Source of the DNA: Carcharhinus longimanus
Taxonomy: Eukaryota
Length of the DNA stretch: 64,000 bases
Direction: 5' to 3'
Assembly: GCA_030264375.1 (NCBI GenBank)
Contig: JASCQW010000146.1
Coordinates: 21,386,290 to 21,450,289 of the forward strand
A program made the position numbers and the translations under genes. This document shows positions 50,639 through 62,480 of the stretch, in pieces; position 1 is the first letter of the stretch; each line of letters begins with the position of its first letter. Under the pieces are notes generated by a model. That model searched no databases and had not been told where the DNA came from. It saw nothing but the letters and a program-made list of their open reading frames with translations.

Positions 50639-50772
50639 GTGTGATAGCCTTATTTTGTAGGCAATATGACATCATCAAAGACAATGAACCGAACAATAAT
50701 AAGGACAAAGCCAAGAGTTCTTCAGAGTACAGCACACCAGAGCACCCAACAGGAGGACTACTACGCAGCAAG
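50639..50772 (+). CDS. FNDC5: FNDC5 coding exon D (end of TM and cytoplasmic tail), 134 bp, phase 1 to 0
   Basis: Acceptor tctgtttgccAG at 50637-38, donor AAG|GTAAGA at 50773. Encodes (G)VIALFCRQYDIIKDNEPNNNKDKAKSSSEYSTPEHPTGGLLRSK. Confidence 0.95.
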
Positions 50773-50827
50773 GTAAGAGAAATTATTGGCTAATGTACAA
50801 GCAAAATCTAAGTATGTCTAAACTCTA

Positions 50828-51033
50828 TAAGAAGTCTCACAACATCAGGTTAAAGTCCAACAGGTTTATTTGGTAGCACAAGCTTTCAGAGCATTGCCCT
50901 TCCATCAAGTGACTCCACTCACCTGATGAAGGGGCAGCGCTCCGGAAGCTCGTGCTACCAAATAAACCTGTTGGACTATAACCTGGTGTTGTGAGACTTC
51001 ACCCCAGTCTAACACCAGCATCTCCACATCATG
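50828..51033. mobile_element. Penelope-derived fold-back element with two opposed, mutated hammerhead cores
   Basis: About 82-bp inverted arms over 50831-51000 with loop CTCCAC at 50913-18. CAC-CTGATGA(50923)-A-GGGGC-agc-GCTCC-GGAA-GCTC-GTG. Tail at 51001-51033. Confidence 0.8.
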
Positions 51034-51445
51034 TTTAAACTTGGTAATACACAGTGGCAAAAAAGCCATATGAACAGCTGAATGTACAATTAGTATCAAT
51101 GTGTATCGTGAAATTGTGAGTTTCTAACAAATTGCATTTATCAGGAAGTAATTCATGTTAGAATTGGATATAAAGTCAGGCTACTTTTGCTTGAATGTTT
51201 TATTCATTTAGCCCTGAGTTGAATGTCAATTGGTTCTCCAGTACCTTAAACAAATGGACTCTTTATTTCATTATTATGGTACCAGCTTCGACAGATTGTC
51301 TCTGTGGGCATATGTGTGTCTCTGCCATTGCTGGCTCCTTACTCTCTTATTTGCCTCCTGTTGAGCCCTGTATTAGAGCAATTGCAATGCCTATGGAGCT
51401 ACAGGGAGCATTCCTGCTCCTCTGCTTCCATGGGAAGGAGTTTCC

Positions 51446-51768
51446 ATAGAATAGAAGAATCCCGACAGTGCAGAAGGAGGGTGTTCGGCCCATTGAACCT
51501 GCACTGACAACAATCCCACCCAGGTGCTATCCCCATAACCCTACATATTTACCCTGCTAGTCCTTCTGACACTAAGGGGCAATTTAGCATAGCCAATCAA
51601 CCTAACCTGCACATCTTTGGATTGTGGGAGGAAACAGGGGGCATCTGGAGGAAACCCACATATACAAGGGGAGAATGTGCAAACTCCGCATAGTGACCCA
51701 AGACTGGAATTGAAGCCACGTACCTGGCACTGTAAGACAGCAGTGCTAAGCATTGGGCCACCATGCCA
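51446..51768 (-). mobile_element. V-SINE type A
   Basis: Full-length consensus match. Confidence 0.85.
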
Positions 51769-52707
51769 TCAAAGGAAACAATACTTTTCAATGAATGAGA
51801 CAACCCTAATGTTTCAAATGACTTGTCTCACTGTAACATTAATCACTTTACCATCACACCAATGAGTAAGTTTAATGAAGATGTCTTGAGGCTGACAATA
51901 AACAATATGATAGCTTGCACTGCTTTCAATCAATAAACCACTCTGCAGCTTGCAATGAATAACTTGAAAGCAGATGAGTTCAATAAACCCTTGAACAGAA
52001 TTATAAGAACAGCTGATGCTATCTAGAGCCGCTTCTAGTATCTCTGAGTGTACAGAATACTGTCTGTGCTTGATCAGTCGAGGTTAAGAATACTACATTT
52101 TCAGGTCAATATAAAATTTAAAATAAATATTCATGAATTGTTCACATTGTTATTTTGTCCAGTTACTCTTATTGGTGATATTGGATTGAACATCCACTAT
52201 GGTGAGAATAAGGAGGTGACACAGAAGTCAACTCTGTCAGACCTCATTCTGTTTACAAGACCTTCTCCGAGCTTTTGCATTTTCCTCTGGCTTCTCCTCT
52301 GTTGCACTTCCTTTAACACTCAATGTCCCACTACCCCCTCACCAGCTGCACCCTCCAAATTGCTCAGTTTCTCTTCATTTCCATGATGGATTCAGCTCCT
52401 CCATTGAAACATGGTACCTGCTCCCTCAACCCAACACCAGCCAGCTTCTGAGCAATCAATTTTCCTTTCTTAACCCCATACTTACTGATTATTCCTACTC
52501 CTTTTAAAAGCAGCACCATTACTTACCTTCTGAAAAGCCTATCCCTCACTCACTAACCTGAAAAAAGTCAACAGACAGGTCCAAATTTCTTTGCTTATTT
52601 TCATCCTGGCTGGAGTTCTGTCCTCCACAAACATGAGCCAATGAGTCTGAGGTCAGCCTTAGGGGTCAGTTAAATATTTTTGACTCTGTAGCCTCAACCA
52701 AAGATAC

Positions 52708-52857
52708 AGTAAGAAGTCTCACAACACCAGGTTAAAGTTCAACAGATTTATTTGGAAGCTTTCGGAACACTGCTCCTTCACCAGGTGACTTCATCTGGTG
52801 TTGTGAGACTTCTTACTCTGTCCATCCCAGTCTAACGCCGGTATCTCCATACCATGG
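52708..52857. mobile_element. Penelope-derived fold-back element with internal deletion
   Basis: AGTAAGAAGTCTCACAACACCAG...CTGGTGTTGTGAGACTTCTTACT plus the family tail. Confidence 0.75.
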
Positions 52858-53182
52858 CTACCAAAAATGGGAGCAGAGATTCGCTGTGGTAGTGGAATGC
52901 CAGCAACACATTAATGAAAGTAGGGAATTATCCCTGATAGTTTTAACTATGTATGAAGTGTTTATGTGACCCTAGGATGTATTGATCATTAAAAGAAAAC
53001 CATATACAGTTCAGTGTCAAAACAAAGGCATCACAGCTTTTAACTCTACTGGTTGGAGTTTTGACATTATTATACCTAATTGCTCTGCTTGCTGACAGAC
53101 AAAACTTTTCCAATGCAATTGTTATCCAGCAATGGCAATGGTACCATTTCTGGAGGTGTAAAAGCTGCCCCATTACAATTGG

Positions 53183-53402
53183 AGTTTGGTTTAGCTCAGC
53201 TGGGTGAACAGTTGGTTCCTGATGCAGAGTGATACCGACAGCATGAGTTCAGCTCCCATACCGGCTGAGGTTATTCATGAAGGCCCCACCTTGTCACCCT
53301 TGCTCCTTGCCTGAGGTGTGGTGATCCTCAGGTTAAATCACCACCAGTCAGCTCTCCCTCTCAAAGGGGCAAGCAGCCAGCCATCTGGGACTATGGTGAC
53401 AT
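53183..53402 (+). mobile_element. tRNA-derived SINE, unassigned family (related head at ~30540-30625)
   Basis: A-box TAGCTCAGCTGG, degenerate B-box GAGTTCAGCTCC, 3' part CCTCAGGTTAAATCACCACCAGTC. Confidence 0.5.
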
Positions 53403-54491
53403 TATTGTTACCTACTTCTTTAGCCAGGGGTTTTCTGCTTATGACAGTTTTCCTGATAGTTCCGACTTAACATAAAGTTATCATGGAGTCACCGCGAACA
53501 TTTGGTTTATCGTGCCTGTAGCAGCTCTTTGAGGGAGCTATCTAAGTAATCCCACTCTCCAACTCTTTCTCAAATTTCACCCCTTGTTCTAATATCTTTC
53601 TGTAAATTCAACTTTCCTGGGATGTGAATGTTGCTGGTATGGCCCATCCCTAATTAACCTTTCAGATAATGGATTACAAGTCATAACAACGCATTGCATG
53701 AAGCATTTTTATTGTCCCATCTGGCCCTTGTGTCAATTGATTTAAAATGTTTTTACTATAACCCATAAGTAATTTATGTGGATTATATATGTATTTACAC
53801 ACATATATTTTGGGTGAAGCCTGGTTCAAATTACACACATTAAATGCTGACAATTCTCTACATAGGGAAGAACATGCTGGCTTGATTTTCTCCCATGCAG
53901 TTGAGTTTGGACCTCAGCTGCATCACTGCACACAGGTTAGATGCCTCTCCACAAGCATTAATGAAAAGATAATTAAGGAGAGAGCTATTAATAGCTTGGT
54001 TTCATGCACTTTCTAGCAGCCTGGTATCAGAGCATCATTTGGGAAGACCTTGAAACAAATTTCTCCTGCCCTTTCCACAATAATTGCATCAATTAGGGAG
54101 CAGCAGAGAGGACGCAATGCCTTAAAGAGAAAGCCTTATGGGAAGCTTAACTCCGGTCTGGCTTTCAAAAATGGTGAACAAACTGTACAAGACTGCAAAA
54201 GAGGAGCTCCATCTGTTCGGTTCTGTACTTAAGTTAAACGACAGTACCCCTGATCTTCGCTCTGTGGGATATGACAGCATTGCTGACCCAAGGATTTCAA
54301 TAAGCAGACTGCAGTGCCTTCAATACATAAAAGGCCTGGCTTACAAATCGGATTGAATCACATCCATTTTCAGGTGGAAAATGGCAGCTAGTTCCTAAGC
54401 CCGCATCTTTAGGCCGTTGCCTCCAAAGATGAACAAAAATGATGCTTATGACTCTTAACCTTTTTGTTTGTCTTCAATTTAAGTGCAACGA

Positions 54492-54760
54492 GGTGACACA
54501 GTGGTTAGCACTGCTGCCTCACACTGCCGGGGACCTGAGTTTGATTCTTATGTCATTGTCTGTGTGGAGTTTGCACATTCTCCCCGTGTCTGTGTGGGTT
54601 TCCTCTGGGTGCTCCAGCTTCCTCCCATGTGCAGGTTAGATGAATTGGCCATGCCTAATTTTCCCTCAGTGTACCGAACAGGCGCTGGCATGTGGTGGCC
54701 AAGGGATTTTCACAGTAACTTTGTGTTAATGTAACACTACTTGTGACTAATAAATAAACT
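54492..54760 (+). mobile_element. V-SINE type B, followed by a V-SINE head fragment (54786-54893)
   Basis: Same type B tail. Confidence 0.8.
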
Positions 54761-55762
54761 ATAAGAATATTGGGTAAAATATAGCGGGCAGCACAGTGAC
54801 AGAGTGGTTAGCAGTGGGTTTGATTCCAGCCTCAGGTGAATATGTGGAGTTTGCCCATTCTCCCCATATCTGCCTGGGTTTCCTCCCCAGTCCAGAGAGC
54901 ATTGGCACATTTTACTAATTAAAAGATGATTTTAAAAATGCAGGTTGTTGTTTGCGGTCAGAATGAGAAGTACATTGAGGCTAATCCATATAAAGCATTG
55001 TCGTCATCTTGTGAGTCACGTACAGCAGTAAGTTTCCACAGGCTGCTAGAATAAACTAGATACATAACCAGACAAGCAGCTTCCCTTTTCTTAGCATTGT
55101 CATCCACTCAATATAAACAAAATGAGGTAATCGTTGTCTCTGCCATTCTGCACACTAATTACTAGTTACAGTGAATTAAAAATAATGGTTGTTGGATTTC
55201 TGATTTTTAAGCACAGAGGTTTATTTAACTTGTATGTAATTTTTTTTCTGGTACTGGAATCAGTGCTTTCCAGTATCTTACTTTGAATATCTTGAAAAGG
55301 TAAATTCAGTGCACTGCTTCATGTTAAATCATGAGGGTAGAACAAGAGACTCGGGTCCAAGTTAATGCAATGCAAGTTCAAGACTGGAAGAGTGATCAAC
55401 AAATGGAACAAATCTCCACATAGTGTAATGGAAGCAAAACCTCAGATTAGTTGTGTGAGTGCAATGCAGCAAATGTTATAACCAAAGATAAACAGCCAAA
55501 TTTACGGCAGTAGGTAGGCCCTGCTTCAGCAGCTGATGTTTATCAGCTATAAAAGTGGCTGGAGAAATAAGTAGCTGGTGTCATGGCGTCATGGCATATT
55601 GCTGGATGGGGTAAGTTGGCCCTAATGGCTTCCTTCATTCATATCCATACTAATATTTTTACCCATTGATGTGTGACCCTCTGGAATAACATGAACTGGG
55701 TGTTTGTTTCTATACTGTTTAATTCCATTCCCTTATCCTAAAGGTAAACCTGCACATCCATT

Positions 55763-56057
55763 GGGTGGCATGGTGCACAATGGTTAGCACTGCTGCCTCT
55801 CAGTGCTAGGGACCCAGGTTCGATTCCTGTCTTGGGTCACCTTCTGTGCAGAGTCTGCACATTGTCTGCATGGTTTCCTCCAGGTGCTCCAGTTTCCTCT
55901 CACAATCTGAAAGGCGTGCTGGTTACGTGCATTGGCCATGCTAAATTTTCCCTCAGCGTATCCAATCAGGTGTCGGAATGTGGTGATTAGGCAATTTTCA
56001 CAATAACTTCATTGCAGTGTTAATGTAAATCTACTTGTGACACTAATAAATAAACTT
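55763..56057 (+). mobile_element. V-SINE type B
   Basis: Same type B tail. Confidence 0.8.
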
Positions 56058-56094
56058 AATAGTAAAAGCGAAAGTTTGAGGAATTTTTTTCTAT

Positions 56095-56385
56095 TTCATC
56101 ATGGGACATGGGTTTCACCGACATGGCCAGCATTTATTGCCTTCTCGTAGCTGCCCTTCAGAAGGTGGCGGTGAGCGTGAGCTGCCTTCTTGAGCCCCTG
56201 TGGTCTGTGTGATGAATGTAAAAAAAGGAGAAAGTGCCAGGACTTTGACCCTGCAACGATGAAGGAATGGCAATATATCTCCAAGTCAGAATGGTGTGTG
56301 ATTTGGGTCAACTTGCAGGCATTGGTGCTCCCATGTGCCTGCAACCCTCATTCTTCTGGGTGATGGAGGTCATGGTTTTGGAAAA
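56095..56385 (-). mobile_element. 3' end of the same LINE family as 42495
   Basis: GGCCAGCATTTATTGCC...GAAGGTGGCGGTGAG...GACTTTGACCCTGCAACGATGAAGGAATGGC, matching 32063-32345. Confidence 0.7.
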
Positions 56386-58284
56386 CTCATTCATGCCTGT
56401 CTCTAGAATCTGAACTTATTAAGATTTTGTACCTTGTGATCTGGTAAAAAGGGTTTTAAACTAGAAACCATTTTTGCCTCAAAAACAAGGAATACCCAAA
56501 CTGATTTTATTCATGTAACAGCAGATTGTGTGCATGGAACATTAATGGCCACTCAAAATATTTCCATCTCCAATTTATACAGTGACTTTTAAGCATTTCT
56601 TTATCAAGGAACTTTGCAAATACTCATGTACCTCTTGTCCTAATTTCCAAATGACATCCCAGGAATATTCCCCAAGGCTTCTCCATCTTTGCTGGTGTTA
56701 ATTTCAGTGGAAATTCGATAGAAACCCCATGGAGGCCTATAGGTGGCAAACTTCCGCAGGGTAATAGTGGCAGAGTAGGGGGACCCGCAAGGAAATTTCC
56801 AGTGCTAATGGATGGTGCCCAAAGGGAAGCAGTGGTATCGCTGTCAAATCTTTTGTCGTACTGCATGAAGATGAAAGTAAATACCATGGTAAATCAGCGG
56901 ACGGATCAAACTTATTATGAGTGATATACCAGTCTCCACCAGTACAAAATAATGATCTCATAGATCCTCAATTGGACTTTACTTTGAAAACCTAAGAATA
57001 AGTATATTTCCATAAATGATATTTTAGACCTTTCAGCATTGCCATAGGATGTCTGAGCTGATTCTTCCAAAAGCCTAAAGCTGACATATCTAAGACAAAA
57101 CAGTGCGTCTTGGAAATTTGAAACAAGCAAAGTCAGGAATTCTTCCAAAAACATTCTTAGTGCCGAATTTGCATACAAACTAGAGTAAATCATGTTGTTT
57201 TTTTCAGCAGGATTTTCAAAATGAATGTCCCACACTCTGTGCATCACAATGTGAATCTCAATAAAAATCCAGGGGCGGAGCCTACTCCTGCTGAAAAGAC
57301 CGGCAGCATAGCATTGAGTGGGCCATTGCGCATGCGCCGATCTGTCAGAGTGGAGATCGGCACATGCGCAGTAGCCCTACTCTGCTGGAGACGTCAGTCC
57401 CAGGCCCGCTAATGAGATCGAAATCAGTATTATAATATTCAAATTAGCTCTGCGCCGATTTCTGGCACACAGCACAGCTCACAACACTGGAAATCCGGTG
57501 GCTGGAAACTCTCGGAGGTTGGGATGCCCAGTGGGAAGCCCACTACACGACCTCCACTTATGTCTCCCAGCCCACCATCAGGGCAGCAGGTCAGGAGAAT
57601 CACCCTCAAAATACTTCCAAAATGTATCATCAGAATTTAAAGAAAGAATAAGTTTACCATTTGGATAAATTCTTCAAATCAGGATGTAAAAAAGTAAATA
57701 TAGTAGCCAAAAGTCTTTTTTACTGTTTAGGAACACTGTAAGAGTGAACTATACAATACAAAAGATGACTTTGTGTTCCAAGCATTAAACTCTACAATGT
57801 TAATTACTACTAAAGACAGATGGCTAAACTGATGACTTATTGAATATGTAGGTAGTGTAAATATTGCTAATGTGACAGTCAAAATATTGTCAAAGGTATC
57901 ACGTCTCTTTGTCACCAAACAGAAGACAGGAGGATTTGTGTAAACAGTCAGTTTTTATTAAGTCTACCTTAAGTTGGATTTGAATCATCATTTTTATGGC
58001 AGGTTTAACATTAGGAGTTGTCTGTTGTACTCAGCTTAGTTAAGTGTAAAAACAAAATGGCAAAAAGCTGCCAGCTGGTGTGATTGATAGATAATGAGAT
58101 ACTGTAAAACACTCAAAGAAGCTGTGACTTGTACTCAGGAAATATGATTTTCTCAATGCTTCTGTCCTTGATCAGGGTATGAATCAACAGAATCAGTAGT
58201 TTGTCTTAAATACATGATGAGACTGTTAGAAGGAAGAGGTGATTCAGATCCCAAATCCTGGCAATCAGAAGTGGACCTCTTTTC

Positions 58285-58725
58285 CATAAGACAGTAAGGT
58301 ATTGGAGCAGAATTAGGCCATTTGGCCCATCAAATCTGCTCTGCCATTCAATCACGGCTGATAAGTTTCTCAAACCCATTCTCCCACTTTTTCCTGTAAC
58401 CTTTGATCCCCTTACCAATCAAGAACCTAGCTATCTCTGCCTTAAATACACTCAATGACCTGGCCTCCACAGCCTTCTGTGGCAATGAATTCCACAGATT
58501 CACCACCCTCTGGCTGAAGAAATTCCTCATCTCGGTTCTAAAGGGTCGTCCCTTTACTCTGAGGCTGTGCCCTCGGATCCTACTCTCGATTTCAAATAGA
58601 AACATCTTCCCCACGTACATTCTATCCAGACCTTTCCGTATTCTGTACATTTCAATGAGATCCACCCATCCATTCTTTTAAACTCCATTGAATACAGACA
58701 CAGAGTCCTCAAACGCTCCTCATGC
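58285..58725 (-). mobile_element. CR1-type LINE 3' fragment
   Basis: DLIEMYRIRKGLDR...RGHSLRVKGRPFRTEMRNFFSQRVVNLWNSLPQKAVEA. Confidence 0.9.
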
Positions 58726-59586
58726 ATCAAGATGAATGACCAACTTAAATTGTGTTGGCCGGGGTGGGTAGGAATGTTGGCCGGGAAGTCGGGTGAGCTC
58801 CTCGATTTCCTTTGAGGAGTATTGCAGGATCTTTCACGTCTGTCCAAAGCCCCAGTTTAGCCCCTGATCCAAAAGACTTTGCTCTCAGCACAGGGCATGA
58901 GACTGAATCGTGGGCTGAAGTCAGGAGTGGAGCTTAACCTTTCAAGCTTAAATGACTCAGGTGAGTGTACTACCAAGCTGACTCAAGAGGAACTGAAAAG
59001 ACAAAATAAATAGAGATAATGTTCCACAAACCTAGTCATTTTGTTTGAAAAGGATTTGGCAGCAGCTGGAAGGAGCATGGAGGCGCACCAGAAAAAAGAG
59101 AATTGGCCACTTGCTCACTCGGGTAAATAGGTTTATTTTACTGGTCAAGCGAGCTCCATAAAAATGGAATATTAAAAATTTTAGACACAAAGATTCTCTG
59201 TATTCCAATCTGCTTGAATGTTCCCAATAGGCTACTGTAGACTGGAATGATACCACTGCCCCTTCCAGCAAAACTGCTTGCAGCTAAGTGACATATTATA
59301 ACACTAATACAATGACAGCAGTATGGTCAGTACAGAGCAAAGTTACCTCGGTCATTAAGTACTATACAAGCAACTTATTCTTTTCTTGTTTGGGTAACTA
59401 TTAACTTATTAAATCTGATTAAATCTAATATTTCTAAGCATTCCCTATCCCTGCATGTCAATGGCCAAAACTGGCGAGATACAACATTCAATTCTTCTCT
59501 CTCCCCTGTCTAAAAGAACTGATTCAGATCATATAAACTGACTGCAAAAATACATTGTTCAAATAGCTAACTGGGTGTCACTATGA

Positions 59587-60348
59587 CTTAGCTGGTACCA
59601 CACTCGCATTCAAGTCAGAAGCTGATGGGTTCAAGTCCCACTTCAGATGCGCGATCACAAAAATCAAGGCTAACGTTCCAGTGAAGAACTGAGGGAGTGC
59701 TACACTGTCTGAGGTGCCATCATACAGGTAAGATACAAAAAAATCCCAAGGCACAGAAGAGCAAGAGTAGTTCAATCAACATTGTTAAAAAAAAACATTC
59801 TGATCATTTATTACTTTGCTGTTTATGGGACCACAAATTAGCTTTCATGTTTTCTATGAAGGGATGCAATGGCCTAGTGGTATTATCGCTAGACTATTAA
59901 TCCAGAAACACAGCTAATGTTCTGGGGACCCGGGTTCGAATCCCACCATGGCAGATGGTGGAATTTGAAATCAATTAACAATGCCTGGAATTAAGAATCT
60001 ATTGATGACCATGAAATCATTGTCGATTGTCGGAAAACCCCAACTGGTTCGCTAATGTCCTTTAGGAAAGGAAATCTGCCATCCTTACCTGGTTTGGCCT
60101 ACATGTGGCTCTGGAGCAATGTGGTTGACTCTCAACTGCCGTCAGGCAACTAGGGATGGGCAATAAAGGGTGGCCAACCAGTGACCCCATGTCCCATGTG
60201 AAAAAAAACCCAAAATTTCAAATGTAATTCATTGTCTACAGACAGAGAGCAACGAGGATATGGGCTGAATGGCCTCCTTCAATGATTCTACAACTCTATA
60301 AAGGACTTTAGCTCCGAGGTTATGGCAGGCATTATATAAATGCAAGTT
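59587..60348 (+). mobile_element. DeuSINE-like element interrupted by SINE family 2
   Basis: Head GGTTCAAGTCCCAC, core ACTGAGGGAGTGCTACACTGTCTGAGGTGCC, tail GGCATTATATAAATGCAAGT at ~60328-60347. Confidence 0.6.
59861..60208 (+). mobile_element. tRNA-derived SINE family 2 (best-preserved copy)
   Basis: A-box TGGCCTAGTGG, B-box GGTTCGAATCC, tail GGCAACTAGGGATGGGCAATAAA matching the LINE end at ~43040-43065. Confidence 0.8.
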
Positions 60349-61831
60349 TTTTTTTAATAATTCCTTTCTTTAAACATTCATAGAAAATCTCAACTTCTTT
60401 CACCTCAACGTGTTCAGAAATTACCCAGACAAGATTGAACGCTGAAATAAAATAGGGCCAAGCTGTTGAAGGTTAAATACAGTTAACCCCCACTGCCACG
60501 AATAGACTGGAGCTGTCAGGGAAATATCACTTTCGATCAAGCTGGAATTTCGAAACGGCAAAACATCCCGCCCTCCTTAAATACCTGGGGTGTTTGCATT
60601 CCATATCTCAGGGAGTGTTTCCCACATCTTCGTAAAGGTCTCTGCATCATAATCTTTAAAAGCAGTGTGTTTTGCAAGTTCAAAACCAACATTTTCAAGA
60701 CTCTCGTGGGAGGATTTAAAAGAAAATTAAAAGATACGCAGCGGCACGGTTCCAATGGACAGAAAAGAGACTGTTCCTTAGAGACTGACTTTGAGAAGAA
60801 CCAGAGGATCCACTGCAGCAAGATTCAAAAGGGCACTTGGTTTGCTGACTGGAGATGGGCCGGTGTGACTTCAGCAGAAACAGAACAAAGTAGGCTGAAA
60901 CAAGACTGGATTGTACAAGACAGGGCTACTAAATTCTTGACAAAATTACCAGACAAAATATCATCAATGCAGTTTAAATTGCAGCAAGCAACAGCAGGTC
61001 AATGGGTTTGTACAAAAGAGGATTTCTCCTCCTCTTTGGTTATTGATCATTCTCGGGCCATTTAACTTGTCTTTATGATCTTATTCCAACCCCCCACTTA
61101 CCCCGCCCCTGCCCACAATAGCTCACATTTTTATTTCCACATGAAATGAAACATGATTAAAGTCAGAGAGCCCAGGTTTATTTGGAAGGCAGGACAGGGA
61201 GGGGAAGATTTCGCCCTAAAAAGGTAAAACAACAAATTAAATTAAAAATAGACTGGGCTGCAACCCAGCGCCCTGCTGGTGACTTGTGGCGTCCAAGTGA
61301 TACCCAACACTCAGATCACGATCACAAGGGACATCAGGTGCCGGCACAGCCAGCCAGTCCCCAGCTTTGTGGACACTGACTGAACTGATACTGAATCGGC
61401 TTCTCTGTCCAGGCCTCAATCACAGAGACCTGAAGCCAATTTGGATCAAATAGGCCAACCATCAGCAAACATCCAAACTCACACTTCCCAACAGCAAGAC
61501 AAAGAGGACGTTGGTAGAGCTCTGGAAGGATATGACTAAAAGGGAGATTGAACCTTCCCGCTTAGTCATGAAGCTGTGTTTTTATAGCAATGTACTTACT
61601 GGCAGTAGTCACTGCCACTGTCAATATTCAACTTCAAATAAACACACCACTATGGATGGGAGTCACAGGTTTTGTTTGCAATTCAACAAACAGGGCTTTC
61701 TTCCCTTTGCTTTACCCTGGAGGTAACTCAATAATATACTGCCGACTCAATAAAATACCATAGGTCTCCAAGTTTACCTTCTGTCCAACAGCCTACATCA
61801 ATTCCGAAAGATGGAATTTCAATTCCTTTTT

Positions 61832-62480
61832 ATAAGTTCACAAGATATAGGAGCAGAATTAAGCCTTTCAGCCCATCGAGTCTGCTCCGCCATTCAATCA
61901 TGGTTGATATGCTCCTCATCTCCATTTTCCTGCCTTCTCCCCATAACCCTTCAACCCATTACCAATTAAAAATCTGTCTAACTCCTCCTNNNNNNNNNNN
62001 NNNNNNNNNNNNNNNNNNNNNNNNNNNNNNNNNNNNNNNNNNNNNNNNNNNNNNNNNNNNNNNNNNNNNNNNNNNNNNNNNNNNNNNNNCCTGGCCTCCA
62101 CAGCCTTCTGTGGCAATGAATTCCACAGATTCACCACCCTCTGGCTGAAGAAATTCCTCCTCATCTCAATTCTAAAGTGTCGTCCCTTTACTCTGAGGCT
62201 GTGCCCTTGGATCTTAGTCTCCCTTACTAATGGAAACATCTTCCTCAAGTCCACTCTACCCAGGCCTTTCATTATTTGTAAGTTTCAATGAGATTCCCCT
62301 TCACCCTTCTAAACTCCACTGAGTACAGACCCAGAATCCTCAGATGCTCCTCATATGTCAAGATTTTCATCCCCGGGATTATTGTTGTGAACTTCCTCTG
62401 GACTCTCGAAGGCCAGCACGTCCTTCCTCAGATACAGGGCTCACAAGATTCCAAATGTGGTCTCACCAGAACCTTATAAA
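61832..62480 (-). mobile_element. CR1-type LINE 3' fragment
   Basis: KGLGRVDLRKMFPLV...RRNFFSQRVVNLWNSLPQKAVEAR. Same 3' end as the copy at 35111. Confidence 0.9.

Noticed and set aside
59861-59950. tRNA gene suggested by A and B boxes (also other SINE heads)
   Set aside because: No cloverleaf, and it continues into a SINE body repeated many times in the window.
60667-61065. 132-aa ORF in the last FNDC5 intron
   Set aside because: GTG start, no recognisable domain or splice structure. The region may be an LTR-like repeat, which I cannot establish.
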